Shown here: positions 44,456 to 60,488 of the stretch, one piece after another
Numbering within the stretch: position 1 is the stretch's first letter
How the letters are laid out: every line of letters begins with the position of its first letter
From: an uncultured Gemmatimonadaceae bacterium
GTDB lineage: Bacteria; Gemmatimonadota; Gemmatimonadetes; Gemmatimonadales; Gemmatimonadaceae
Direction: 5' to 3'
DNA length: 64,000 bases
Assembly (NCBI GenBank): GCA_963716745.1
Contig: OY970320.1
Span: forward strand, 1,536,001-1,600,000
Notes under the pieces: generated by a model
What the model was told of the DNA's origin: nothing
Databases searched by the model: none
The model's input: the letters and a program-made list of their open reading frames with translations, nothing else
Position numbers and translations under genes: made by a program

Positions 44456-45931
44456 TTAGGGAACGCGATGTCCCATGCCGCCGCCTCCGCCGCCACCGCT
44501 CGGATGCGCGGCCGGAGCTCCACCACCGCCGTGAGGCGCCGAGGGGCCGCCGTAGTGCGGTGCCGGTGCGCCGCCGCCTCGCGGTGCGGACGCCGGACCC
44601 GATGGACCGCCGCGTTGCGCGGTCATCGGCCCGCCACCGCCACGCGGCGCCGGGGCATTGCGGCCCGGCTCATAGCGAGGCGGACCCTGATAGCGCTGCG
44701 GACGCTGCGCCGACTGCGGCGAACCATTCTGCCCGTTGCCGGAGGTATTGCGACGTCCGAGGTACGGCGCGTCCATGTGGCGCGGTTCCGACGTCGGCGT
44801 GTGCAGCGCGGGGCCGCGGCCGCCGAGCGTGAAGCCCGCGTGCGTGGCAGTCACCTGCCCACCATGCGTGCCGACGGCGGGCCCGAGGAATCCAGCGGGC
44901 GTGCCGGTGGTCTGCGGACGGTAGGGCGTACCCATGGTCGTGCCCGTGTGGCCGAAGCCGCTCGATCCAGGCGTAGTAGTGAGTGGCGGCCGATAGCCGA
45001 TGCCTGTGCCGCCCGTGCCCATCGGATTGCCCGGCTTGAAGCCATAGTGCGGACCGTAGCCGTTGCCAGGATATCCATAGTACGGATAGCCATAGCCCGG
45101 GTGGTAACCGTAGCCATAGTACGGATAGCCGTAGCCGTAGTAGGGATAGCCGTAGCCGTATCCCGGATAGCCGCCGTAGCCGCAGCAGCCGAATCCAAAG
45201 CTGAAGCCGAACGACCAACCGCCGTAGCCGTAGCCGAAGTACGCGCCGGGATAGCCATAGCCGTATGGGCCATAGCCATAAAGCAACGGACCGCCGTAGC
45301 AGAACGGGCTATAGATCCCCCAGCACGGCGAGCCGCCGTACACCGTCGTCGGTCCCGCGTATGCGGTCGACGCCGACGCGTACGAGTCATGCGCGATCAC
45401 TTCATAGCGATAGATATCGTAATCGAAATGGCCCGTGCTCATCTTGTTCACGAGCACGGTGAAGCCATTCTCGAAATCGCTGTCGAGACTCTTGTCGTAG
45501 AGCGCGCCGTAGTCCCAATGATCGTTCTGCGCGAAATCATTGAAGCGGAAGGGGACGCTCGAGATCGCGGCGTAGACCATGCCCTGCCCGCCGGGGCCGT
45601 CCACGTAGAACGTGCCCTTGCCGTTCCGGCCGGCGAGTTTGAAGTCCTTGCCGCCGCGCACGAAGTCGTCGTCGCCCGGATCGAGCGGGAAGATCACGCG
45701 CACGCGTCCATCCACATCGGCTTGCATCACGATGAGGTACCCGTCTTCGCGCGTCCGCACATGGACGTCGGCGTTGTCGCCGCGCGAGTACTGATCCCAG
45801 TCGGTCCAGACCTTGATGACGGGATCCCCGGAGCGCATGTGACGATCGGCGCTGGCCACGGGTGCGGCCGGCGCGGCGCTGTTCGGGAGCGTGACCGCGG
45901 TGAGCAGGGTGAACAGGACGGAGTGCATCAT
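44456..45931 (-). CDS. Secreted DUF4384-like protein with Tyr/Gly-rich repeats and a Pro/Gly low-complexity tail
   Basis: GGAGG RBS; signal peptide; Y..GD, DGYL.V, DG.VRVIFP.DP.DD; GYPYYGYG repeats. Confidence 0.8.
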   Translation of the reverse strand: MMHSVLFTLLTAVTLPNSAAPAAPVASADRHMRSGDPVIKVWTDWDQYSRGDNADVHVRTREDGYLIVMQADVDGRVRVIFPLDPGDDDFVRGGKDFKLAGRNGKGTFYVDGPGGQGMVYAAISSVPFRFNDFAQNDHWDYGALYDKSLDSDFENGFTVLVNKMSTGHFDYDIYRYEVIAHDSYASASTAYAGPTTVYGGSPCWGIYSPFCYGGPLLYGYGPYGYGYPGAYFGYGYGGWSFGFSFGFGCCGYGGYPGYGYGYPYYGYGYPYYGYGYHPGYGYPYYGYPGNGYGPHYGFKPGNPMGTGGTGIGYRPPLTTTPGSSGFGHTGTTMGTPYRPQTTGTPAGFLGPAVGTHGGQVTATHAGFTLGGRGPALHTPTSEPRHMDAPYLGRRNTSGNGQNGSPQSAQRPQRYQGPPRYEPGRNAPAPRGGGGPMTAQRGGPSGPASAPRGGGAPAPHYGGPSAPHGGGGAPAAHPSGGGGGGGMGHRVP

Positions 45932-46107
45932 ATGACCTCCGGAACGCGACGCAACGCTCGAGCGGCATGTGCCACCCGCACCTTGTACTTATGCGACTTG
46001 CATGCCGTCCGTCAAGTTACTTCCGGGCAAGGACTTGGCTTTTCTGCTGCCACAGAAAGTGTCCATAAAACGGACGGTGGGTGAGATACGATTGGACACC
46101 GGTGAAG

Positions 46108-46222
46108 TACGCGGGAAGCGGGAAGCGGGAATCGCCGCGGGAAGCGAGAACGGCGCGATGGGCACCATCGCGCAGTTCTCGCGTCACCGCGGCGAGTCCC
46201 GCGTCCCGCTTCCCGCGTAGTT
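46108..46222. repeat. Family E heptamer (GCGGGAA) hairpin element
   Basis: About 54-nt imperfect arms (46108-46161 / 46165-46219); tandem GCGGGAA; minus strand starts TAA-CTAC at the DUF62 stop. Confidence 0.85.
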
Positions 46223-47150
46223 ATTGCTTGCTGATCTCGAGGCTCCACTCCGTGCCCGCGCCGATCGAGTAGCGCTTCGCGAAGTTCCCCTCGTTCAGCG
46301 CCAACGCCATGCGATCGAGACTGTTCACGTAGAGCAGCGGCTTCGAGACGGGGACGTCGCCGAAGGTGCGCGCGATCGGCACGATGTCGGACCAGACCGC
46401 CGTCGAGCCCTTCATGATGCGCACGCGCACGCGGTCGCCCGTCTTCAAGCCAAGCGCGTGCACCGCCGTCGTGTCGATGTTGGTCCAGAGATTCCCGTAC
46501 GGCTGATCGAGCGCGATGATCGTGCCGGTCACGGAATGGGCGGCGATCTGCGGCGGCGGCACGGGGAGCGCCACGTACTGCGTGCCGCGGCTCGGGCCCA
46601 CCTGCGCGAACGTGATCACGCCCGACGCGAGCCGCGCCGCGGTGTACATGTACACGTCGCGGCCATGGAAGGTGGCGCTCCACTCGGATCCGGGGCGCCG
46701 GTTCACGGTCTCGTCGATCTCGCGCACTTCGTCCACGCCGAGCAATTCCGCGACGAAGGTGAGCGTCCCGTTGTCCGGCGTGACGAAGTACTGCCCGGTC
46801 TTCGTACGCATCACGACGGAGAGGCGCTTCGTACCGACGCCCGGATCGACGATCGACACGAACACGGTGCCGGCCGGCCAGAACGGTGCGACCTGTCGCA
46901 GCCGGTACGAGGCGTCGAGGATGTCGAAGGGCGGGATGAGCTGCGTGAGATCCTCCACGCGCAGCGCCGGGCTCACGGTATACGCAACGCCCTTGAGCGC
47001 GGCGACCGCTCCGTCCTGCAGACCGAAGTCGGACTGAATCAGAATAACGGGCGCCGGTGCAGCCGGCGGCGCGCCGGCCTGCGCTCCCGCACCCGCCCCA
47101 ACGAGGGCGAGTGCGGCGAGCGAGGCTGCTGCGCGAACGACCGCCGTCAA
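46221..47150 (-). CDS. SAM hydroxide adenosyltransferase (DUF62) with predicted signal peptide
   Basis: SDFG..D, VDPGVG, PDNG, TFHGRD, YGN.WTN; Ala-rich signal ending AQA. Confidence 0.88.
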   Translation of the reverse strand: MTAVVRAAASLAALALVGAGAGAQAGAPPAAPAPVILIQSDFGLQDGAVAALKGVAYTVSPALRVEDLTQLIPPFDILDASYRLRQVAPFWPAGTVFVSIVDPGVGTKRLSVVMRTKTGQYFVTPDNGTLTFVAELLGVDEVREIDETVNRRPGSEWSATFHGRDVYMYTAARLASGVITFAQVGPSRGTQYVALPVPPPQIAAHSVTGTIIALDQPYGNLWTNIDTTAVHALGLKTGDRVRVRIMKGSTAVWSDIVPIARTFGDVPVSKPLLYVNSLDRMALALNEGNFAKRYSIGAGTEWSLEISKQ

Positions 47151-47151
47151 A

Positions 47152-47610
47152 CTACTTCGGCGTCTGGTACTGGACGATGGAGTTCACGTCGAGCGACCAC
47201 TGCACGAAGCGCAGCGTGGGCGTGAGGTTGAACGGCTGCGACGGTATTTCCGCGCCGCCGTTCCCCTGCGCGACGAGCCGGTAGCTGCCGTTCAGATTCC
47301 CGGCCTTGAACGTGAACGCCTTGGTGGCGTTGATCGGAACATCGCCGAGGAGGATACGGCCGACGGACGGGCCGATAACCCACACGGTGACCACGGCGGG
47401 CGGGATCCGGCTGTTGATCACGTTCACCAGGATCTCGGTGGACACCACGGTGTCGCCGCCGCTCGATGCGACGGCGCCGGCACTCGCACCGGCAGCGGGC
47501 GCCGCCGCCGGAGCGGGCGCGGGCGCATTCGTCGTGGACGAACCGCCGCTGCTGCACGCGGCGAAGGCGAGCGCCATCGCGGAGAGGGCAACGAGTTTCT
47601 GAGTACGCAT
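47152..47610 (-). CDS. Hypothetical lipoprotein
   Basis: GGAGG RBS; lipobox FAAC; Pro/Ala linker. Confidence 0.8.
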   Translation of the reverse strand: MRTQKLVALSAMALAFAACSSGGSSTTNAPAPAPAAAPAAGASAGAVASSGGDTVVSTEILVNVINSRIPPAVVTVWVIGPSVGRILLGDVPINATKAFTFKAGNLNGSYRLVAQGNGGAEIPSQPFNLTPTLRFVQWSLDVNSIVQYQTPK

Positions 47611-47748
47611 GACGGTCCTCCGGTTGTAGTGAGCATGCGACAGGAGAGCGACGCACCGGCTGCGCCGCCCGGCAAAACAATGGTACGGCGCCATGGCGCA
47701 TCGCACAAGTGGACTTTGGGGTGCGTGCAGCAGCCGCTCCGAGCGCTC

Positions 47749-50892
<3,144 letters not shown>

Positions 50893-50977
50893 GCGCGACC
50901 TCGTTGCACCGGTATACCCGGGAAGTCATTGCCTGCTCCATGACACTACGACGCGGTGCGCCGCGGAGTGTCGCGGC

Positions 50978-53320
<2,343 letters not shown>

Positions 53321-53384
53321 CGCGGAGTCCTCGGTAGAGCAGTGTCCAGCGTGAAGATAGAGGCGGCATGCCCACCCTGAAAGG

Positions 53385-53555
53385 CGCGTGTGGGCCTTGG
53401 TACCGCTGAAGGGGCGCGTTTGGCAACGGAGCGTATGGTACCACAGGGCGTCCGTAGCCACGACGCACTGTTCTCGTCGTGCCAATTCACGCCGGGTGGT
53501 ACCATACGCTCCGTTGCCAGACGCGCCGTTTCAGCGCTACTAAGGCCTACACGCG
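53385..53555. repeat. Long inverted repeat (family F), MITE-like or structured RNA, in a divergent intergenic region
   Basis: 60-nt arms (53385-53444 / 53496-53555), 6 mismatches, inner 24 bp perfect. Confidence 0.88.
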
Positions 53556-53625
53556 TTCGTAGGATGCTTCCCGTGGAGAAGTCGCCGCTGCATAATTGCC
53601 TTCCATCTCCAATCCGGATCTCCCA

Positions 53626-54411
53626 ATGCGAGTCGTATTCGTAGTCGTCGCTACTATGCTCACGGCCTCGACGAAGCTCCAGTCGCAGTGCCCGACCCTG
53701 CCCTCGCCCATCGTCACGGCGTATGAGCAGCATTCCATGGACCGCCCGCAGCCGCCGGTCGTGAAACCCGCACCGGGCGGCGCGCCGGTCGCGCCGCCGA
53801 GCGATGCGATCGTGCTCTTCGATGGGAAAGACCTCTCGCAATGGGCGAGCGGCGACAGCGCGGGCAAGCCCGCGAAGTGGAAGGTGAGAGACGGCTACAT
53901 GGAAGTGGTCGCGCACACGGGCGACATCCAGACCAAGCAGAGCTTCGGCGATGTGCAGCTCCACGTCGAGTGGCGTACGCCATTGCCCGTGAGCGGCGAG
54001 GGGCAGGAGCGCGGCAATAGCGGCGTCTATCTCATGGCCGCGTTCGAGGTGCAGGTGCTCGACTCGTACGACAACCCGACCTACGCCGACGGCGCCGCGG
54101 GCTCCGTGTTCGGCCAGTATCCGCCCCTCGTGAACGCGAGCCGCAAGCCCGGCGAGTGGCAGACGTACGACATCATCTTCCACCGTCCGCGATTCAATCA
54201 GGATGGCACGCTGCAGTGCGCCGCGCGCGTCACGGTGATCCAGAATGGCGTGGTGGTGCAGAGCGACGCCGTGCTCACCGGGCCCACCGCCTACAAGCGG
54301 CGTCCGCCGTACGCGCCAATGCCCGACAAGCTGCCGATCCTCCTTCAGGATCACAGCTTCCCGGTGCGCTACCGGAACATCTGGGTGCGCCAGCTGCCCG
54401 ACGCGAACTGA
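53626..54411 (+). CDS. DUF1080 (3-keto-disaccharide hydrolase-like) secreted protein
   Basis: LFDGKDL..W, LHVEW, GNSGV, EVQVLDS, GEWQTYDI, LQDH, YRNIW. Confidence 0.9.
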   Translation: MRVVFVVVATMLTASTKLQSQCPTLPSPIVTAYEQHSMDRPQPPVVKPAPGGAPVAPPSDAIVLFDGKDLSQWASGDSAGKPAKWKVRDGYMEVVAHTGDIQTKQSFGDVQLHVEWRTPLPVSGEGQERGNSGVYLMAAFEVQVLDSYDNPTYADGAAGSVFGQYPPLVNASRKPGEWQTYDIIFHRPRFNQDGTLQCAARVTVIQNGVVVQSDAVLTGPTAYKRRPPYAPMPDKLPILLQDHSFPVRYRNIWVRQLPDAN

Positions 54412-54419
54412 GCGCCGCG

Positions 54420-56107
54420 ATGAAGGCTGATGACATGTATGACGTGTGCATCGTCGGCTCGGGCGCCGGCGGCGGGATGGCGGCGTACACGCTCACGAAG
54501 GCCGGCGCGCGTGTGCTGCTGCTCGAAGCTGGCCCCGCGTGGTACGCGACCAAAGATTCGAAGATGCTCGTGCCGGAATATTCCTCGCCGCGGCGCGGCG
54601 GCAGTACGAAGACGAAACCGTTCGGCGAGTTCGACGGCTGCATCGGCGGATGGGAGATCGCGGGCGAGCCCTACACGCGCGCGCCCGGCACCACCTTCGA
54701 CTGGTGGCGCGCCCGGATGCTCGGCGGGCGCACGAGCCACTGGGGGCGGATCTCGCTTCGCTTCGGGCCCGACGATTTTCGCGGCAAGAGCCGCGATGGA
54801 CTCGGCGACGATTGGCCGATCGGCTACGACGATCTCGCGCCGTACTACGACAAAGTCGATGAGCTCATCGGCGTCTTCGGCAGCGTCGAGGGACTGCCGA
54901 ACCATCCCGACGGGAAATTCCTGCCGCCGCCCAAGCCGCGCTGCTACGAGCTGATGATCAAGCAGGCGTGCGACGACTCTGAGCGTCACGTGCATCCCGT
55001 CGCGGCTTTCGATCCTCACGAAGTCCATCCACGGCCGCGCGGCGTGCCACTACTGCGGCCAATGCGGACGCGGCTGCGGCACCGCGTCGAACTTCTCGAG
55101 CCCCGATGTGCTCATCGCGCCGGCGCTCAAGACGGGCAAGCTCACGCTCGTGACCAACGCGATGGCGCGCGAAGTCACCGTAGGGAAGGATGGCCTCGCC
55201 GAAGGCGTGACGTACATCGACAAGACCACGGGCACGGAGCGTCACGCGCGCGCGCGGGTGATCGTGCTCGCGGCGAGCGCGTGCGAGTCGGCGCGCATCC
55301 TGCTCAACTCGCGCTCGATCGCTCTTCCCGCAGGGGCTCGCGAATTCGAGCGGCGTGGTGGGCAAGTATCTCACCGACACCACCGGCGCCGGCGTGAGCG
55401 GGTTCATCCCGAAGATGATGGACCACGTGCCGCACAACGAAGATGGCGTCGGCGGCGCGCACATCTATTCGCCCTGGTGGCTCGACAACGCGAAGCTCGA
55501 TTTCCCGCGCGGCTACCACATCGAGATGGGCGGCGGGCTCGACTCGCCGGGCTACGGATTCATGGGCGGCATCCAGAGCTATCCGCCCGGCGGCGGCTAC
55601 GGCAAGCAGCTGAAGGATGACTATCGCCGCTACTACGGCGCGTCCGTCGGATTCTCCGGCCGCGGCGAGATGATCCCCAACGCCGACTGCTACTGCGAAC
55701 TCGATCCCGACGTCGTGGACAAGTACGGCATTCCGGTGCTCCGCTTCCACTGGAAATGGAGCGATCACGAGCTGAACCAGGTGAAGCACATGCAGGAGAC
55801 CTTCCGCGCGCTCATCGCCGAGATGGGCGGCACGGTATTCGATGCGATGCCCACGAGAGAACAAGGCTACGGCATCGCGCACGGCGGGCAGATCATCCAC
55901 GAACTCGGCTGCGTCATCATGGGCAGCGATCCGGCCAAGAGCGCGCTCAATTCGAACTGCCAGGCGCACGATTGCAAGAACCTCTTCGTCGCCGACGGCG
56001 GGCCGTTCGTGTCGCAGGCGGACAAGAACCCCACGTGGACGATCCTCGCGCTCTCGATGCGCACGAGCGAGTACATCGCGCAGCAGCGTTCGGCGGGTGC
56101 GCTATGA
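54420..56107 (+). CDS. GMC oxidoreductase (glucoside 3-dehydrogenase large subunit-like); frameshifts at ~54978 and ~55322
   Basis: IVGSGAGG, LGGRT.HWG, WPI.Y, C.YCG.C..GC, HELG..MG, NPTWT. Confidence 0.9.
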
Positions 56108-56739
56108 GCCGCATCTCGCGCCGCACGATGGTGAAATGGCTCGCGGCCGCGCCGGCGATCGGCGCGATCGAATGGAGCTCGGCGCAAACGGCGCGCGCCG
56201 CGGAGCATCTCAGAGCGCTCGAGGAGCCGGGTGCGGCGCCGTACTCGCCGAGATTCTTCTCGCGCAACGAGTGGGCGACAGTGGTGGTACTCGTGGACTA
56301 TGTGATCCCGCGCGACGAGCGTTCGGGCAGCGCCACCGATGCGAAAGTCCCTGAGTTCATGGATTGGATCCTGGCGGATTCGAACACCAAGGATGAGACA
56401 CGCACCGCAATGCGCGGCGGACTCGCCTGGCTCGATCTCGCGTGCGAGGACCGCTTCGGGAAGACGTTCACCGCGTGCAGCGACGCGCAGCGGCGCCAGC
56501 TGCTCGACGACATCGCGTGGCCCAAGAAGGCGAAGCCCGAGTACCGCCAGGGCGCCGCATTCTTCTCGCGCTTCCGTGACATGACCGCGAGCGGATTCTT
56601 CTCCACCGAGATGGGTTGGAAAGACGTGCAGTACCTCGGCAACGTTGCCGTCGCTCAATGGAACGGATGCCCGCCCGCCGCGCTCGAGAAGCTCGGAGTG
56701 AACGACGCGATGATGGACGCGAGGCCTACGCGCAAATGA
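56104..56739 (+). CDS. Gluconate 2-dehydrogenase subunit 3 family protein (Tat signal)
   Basis: SRR twin-arginine leader; IP.D..SGSA.DA.V, GFF...G..D..Y.GN. Confidence 0.85.
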   Translation: MSRISRRTMVKWLAAAPAIGAIEWSSAQTARAAEHLRALEEPGAAPYSPRFFSRNEWATVVVLVDYVIPRDERSGSATDAKVPEFMDWILADSNTKDETRTAMRGGLAWLDLACEDRFGKTFTACSDAQRRQLLDDIAWPKKAKPEYRQGAAFFSRFRDMTASGFFSTEMGWKDVQYLGNVAVAQWNGCPPAALEKLGVNDAMMDARPTRK

Positions 56740-57972
56740 AGCGGCTTGGCGTTGGATTCATCGGGAGCGGATTCAATGCGCGCTTCCACATGCTGGGATG
56801 GCGCGGCGTGCGCGAGGGCGATGTGCGCGGCGTGTGGAGTCCCAACGCGAAGAACGCGGAATCGGCGGCCGCATACGCGCGCGAGTTGGATGTGGGCGAT
56901 GCGAAGGCGTTCCAATCGATCGCCGCGATGGTGGCCGATCCCTCGATCGACGCGATCTGGATCACCGGTCCGAACCAGGCGCGCATCGAGAACGTGGAGG
57001 AGATCGTGGACGCGCTCGCGCGAGGGCGCGGAGAGCTGAAGGGCATCGCCTGCGAGAAGCCGCTCGCCCGCAACGTGAAGGAAGCGCAGCGCGTGCGCGA
57101 TCTCGCAGCGAAGGCGGGACTCGCCACCGGCTACCTCGAGAACCAGGTCTTCGCGCCGCAGGTGGAGACGGGCCACGCACTGCTGTGGAAACGCGGCGCC
57201 GCGACGACGGGCCGTCCGTATCTCGCGCGCGCCGCCGAGGAGCACAGCGGGCCGCACATGCCGTGGTTCTGGCGCGGCGAACTGCAGGGCGGCGGCGTGC
57301 TCAACGACATGATGTGCCACTCGGCGCTCATGGTGCGGCACTTGCTCACCGCGCCGGGCGCGCCGCTCTCGAGCGTCAAGCCGGCGAGGATCACCGCGCA
57401 CATCGCGAGCCTCAAGTGGACGCGGCCGGAATATGCGAAGCGGCTGCGCGCGGCGATGGGCAAGGACGTGGACTACACGAAGACGCCGGCCGAGGATTTC
57501 GCGAGCATGATGATCGAGTTCGAGACGGCCGATGGTCACACCGTGATCGGCGAGGCGACGACGTCATGGAGCTTCGTGGGCCCGGGGCTGCGGTTGTCGG
57601 CGGAGCTGCTCGGCCCCGAATACTCCATGAACTGGAATTCGCTCGACAGCGGACTGAAGCTCTTCTTCAGCCGCGAGGTGCGCGGGAAGAGTGGCGAGGA
57701 TCTTGTGGAGAAGCAGAACGCCGAGATCGGACTCATGCCCGTCGTGGCGAACGAGGCGGTGGCGTACGGCTACGAGGCGGAGGACCGGCACTTCGTTCGC
57801 GCGTTCCTCGGAAAGGAGGCGCCGCGACTCACGTTCGACGATGGACTGGATGTGGTGCGCATGCTCATGGCGGGGTACATGAGCGCGGAGACAGGGGAAG
57901 ACCGTGAGCTTTCCGCCGAAGGGACTGGAAGCGTTCGTGCCGGCGGTTGCGCGAGGAACGTGGAAGCCCTGA
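56736..57972 (+). CDS. Gfo/Idh/MocA family oxidoreductase; probable indel near 57897
   Basis: GFIGSG, CEKPLA, GGGVLNDMMCH; alternative-frame C-terminus KTVSFPP...GTWKP* ends right at the repeat. Confidence 0.88.
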
Positions 57973-58098
57973 ACTGCGAACTACCGGGAACCGATTACCG
58001 GGAACCGGTATGGCATGACAACGCATCGTGAACCAGCCGAGCGACGCCGTATACCATGTGTTGTCATGCTTCACCGGTTCCCGGTAACCGGTTCCCGG
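57972..58098. repeat. Family C hairpin element, copy 2
   Basis: 43-nt arms (57984-58026 / 58056-58098); 36-nt block 34/36 identical to copy 1; headed by AACTGCGAACTAC. Confidence 0.9.
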
Positions 58099-59275
58099 CG
58101 GTTTGTGGTCTGAACAAGAACGCGAATACGAGCAGGATCGCGAACGCCCCGAGCGACGGCACCATCCATATCGCGTGCCAATCGTGTCCGTCGGCCGTGC
58201 GGTATGCGTCCACCACTGCGCCCGATGCCAGGGCGCCGATGAAGAGGCCCACGCCCTGCGTGATGAAGGCGAGGAATCCCTGCGCGGCGGCGCGCACGGC
58301 GACGCCGGCGCGCTGGTCAACGTATATCTGTCCCGTCACGAAGAAGAAATCGTAGCACACGCCGTGCAATAGGATGCCGGCGTACAGCATCCACATGAGC
58401 GAGCCCGCGTTCCCCTGCGCGAAGAAAAAGTAGCGCAGCGCCCAGGCCGCCATGCCGAGCAGCAGAATTCGCTTCACGCCCACGCGCATCAAGAACCAGG
58501 GCAAGAGCAGCATGAATACGAACTCAGAGCCCTGGCCCCACGTCATCGCCGACGCGGGCTCGGCGAGATGGATCTCGTTCAGGTATAGATTCGTGAAGGC
58601 GTAATAGAATTGCAGCGGAATGCATAACAGCAGCGAGCCGATCGCGAACGTCGCGAAGGAGCGGTCCTTCATGAGCGAGAGCGCGTCGAGCCCAAGCACG
58701 TCGCGGGTGGAGATCTTCTTGCCCGCGGCGTGGGGCGGCGTGTGCGGCAGCGCGAGCGAGAAGACGCCGAGCAACATCAATGCGCCGGCCGCGATCTGCA
58801 TTGGTACGGCCGTAGCCTCAAGGCCGAGATGGCCGATCGCGCGCCCCGCCACGATCCAGCCGATCGTCCCGAGCACACGAATGAACGGGAAGTCGCGCTG
58901 CGGGTCGCCGATATGGTCGAAGGAGATGGAATTCGAGAGTGCGAGCGTGGGCATGTAGCAGAGCGCGTACGCGATGATGAGCGGGTAGAACGTCGCGAAG
59001 GTGCCCGCGCGTGACGCGAGCCAGAGCAGCACGCCGCCAATGAGATGCAGGATTGCGAGGAGCTTCTCGCTCGCGAAGAAGCGGTCGGCGAACATGCCCA
59101 CGAAGAAGGGGGAGATCATCGCCGCGATCGCGGTGGCGCCGTACGCGAGACCGATCTCGGCGCCGCTGAACTTGAGCGTCGTGCCGAGGTACGTGCCCAT
59201 CGTGACGAACCATGCTCCCCAAATGAAATACTGGAGGAACATCATCGCGGAGAGACGCGTGCGCACGAGTGTCAT
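58064..59275 (-). CDS. nupG: Nucleoside:H+ symporter (NHS/MFS)
   Basis: [46 protein letters not shown]. Confidence 0.88.
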   Translation of the reverse strand: MTLVRTRLSAMMFLQYFIWGAWFVTMGTYLGTTLKFSGAEIGLAYGATAIAAMISPFFVGMFADRFFASEKLLAILHLIGGVLLWLASRAGTFATFYPLIIAYALCYMPTLALSNSISFDHIGDPQRDFPFIRVLGTIGWIVAGRAIGHLGLEATAVPMQIAAGALMLLGVFSLALPHTPPHAAGKKISTRDVLGLDALSLMKDRSFATFAIGSLLLCIPLQFYYAFTNLYLNEIHLAEPASAMTWGQGSEFVFMLLLPWFLMRVGVKRILLLGMAAWALRYFFFAQGNAGSLMWMLYAGILLHGVCYDFFFVTGQIYVDQRAGVAVRAAAQGFLAFITQGVGLFIGALASGAVVDAYRTADGHDWHAIWMVPSLGAFAILLVFAFLFRPQTAGNRLPGTGEA

Positions 59276-59646
59276 CAGTTGTATTTCACGCCGGCCGAGT
59301 GGGAGAACAGCACATAGAAGAGAGCCAGCAATGCGCCGACGACGAGCACCGTGATGGTGGTCTTCTCGACCGAGAGGTTCTTCACCAGCACCGAGTCGAC
59401 GTCGGCCGTCGCGGCGATCACCTGCCCTTTCGTCCCGACGGCGTAGATCGTGTCGTGATTGACGGTCATGCCGTCATGCGTGAACTCGATCCGTTCGCCG
59501 TTGTGCATCACGAGACCCACGACATGCGCGGCATTCATCTGCGGCTGCAGTGGCTCGGGGTGGATCACGTAGCATGCGGTGATCTGTGGAGCGAGCAGGA
59601 CCACCAACGCCGTTCTCGCCAGCGCGCTCCGGAAGAACCGTCGCAT
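59275..59646 (-). CDS. Hypothetical lipoprotein with C-terminal TM
   Basis: GGAGG RBS; ITAC lipobox-like; hydrophobic C-terminus. Confidence 0.7.
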   Translation of the reverse strand: MRRFFRSALARTALVVLLAPQITACYVIHPEPLQPQMNAAHVVGLVMHNGERIEFTHDGMTVNHDTIYAVGTKGQVIAATADVDSVLVKNLSVEKTTITVLVVGALLALFYVLFSHSAGVKYN

Positions 59647-59774
59647 CGTACCTCCGTGGTTGGCGCTGACGATACGCGCGACGGAGTGCGTGCGCTAGCG
59701 GCCTCGCGCGCACCCAAGTTAGGGAATTCTCATTGCGTCGCGCGCGGCTTGCCGGTGCACTAAGTTCAGCGTTC

Positions 59775-60341
59775 ATGAACGCCGACCTGCAGGTCACGCT
59801 GTTGAACTCAATGAGCACGATCGCCGAGACTCTCGCGGGTGCGATGGGTCTCTTGGGCGCGATCGTGCTCTTCGCGTTGCAGGCGACGGCGCGCAGCATC
59901 GAGCGTGCGGCGGAGAGTCTCACCGAAGTGCCGCAGCAATCAATGACGCCGCTGTATCTGAGCCACCTGCTCACGCGCCGGAGCTATCACGAGCTGGCAC
60001 GCGCGTACGGATCGCTGCTCTCGAACCTGAGCAGCGAGACGAACTCGAGCATGCTGCTGCACTATTCGGCGTTGTGCTGGGAATTGGACCACGATCACGC
60101 GCTGCGGCGGAGTTTCTGGATGTCGCTGCGCGCGACCGGCGCGGTGGTGGCGTTCGCTATCGTCTGCGGCGCCGTCGCCCCTCAACTAGCGGCGCGTCCT
60201 GACGTCGGCGACCTTGCGCTCGCGGGCGCGGTACTCGGCGCCATCAGTTGCTTGTTGCTCTATGGGATCCTGCTGAACGTCATGCTGCGGTCTTCGCCGC
60301 AGGAACCGATCCCGACGGCCACGACGAGCGACGAGCAATAG
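59775..60341 (+). CDS. Hypothetical membrane protein
   Basis: About three hydrophobic segments; fills the intergenic space. Confidence 0.6.
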   Translation: MNADLQVTLLNSMSTIAETLAGAMGLLGAIVLFALQATARSIERAAESLTEVPQQSMTPLYLSHLLTRRSYHELARAYGSLLSNLSSETNSSMLLHYSALCWELDHDHALRRSFWMSLRATGAVVAFAIVCGAVAPQLAARPDVGDLALAGAVLGAISCLLLYGILLNVMLRSSPQEPIPTATTSDEQ

Positions 60342-60488
60342 ATTCGGCCGTCTTGACCGAATTCTCCTAACGGAACGCTGGCGCGACAATAAGGTCGTAT
60401 TGCGCCGTTCGTCCGGCGACGCCCAACTATGGGGCAGAGATCGTCCCGATCTCCGACACGCGCAGTCCTTCACCCCAGGAGGCCGTGT

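Noticed and set aside
46221..47150. Fluorinase/chlorinase
   Set aside because: VDPGVG and TFHGRD match the DUF62 hydrolase type, and there is no halometabolite cluster nearby.
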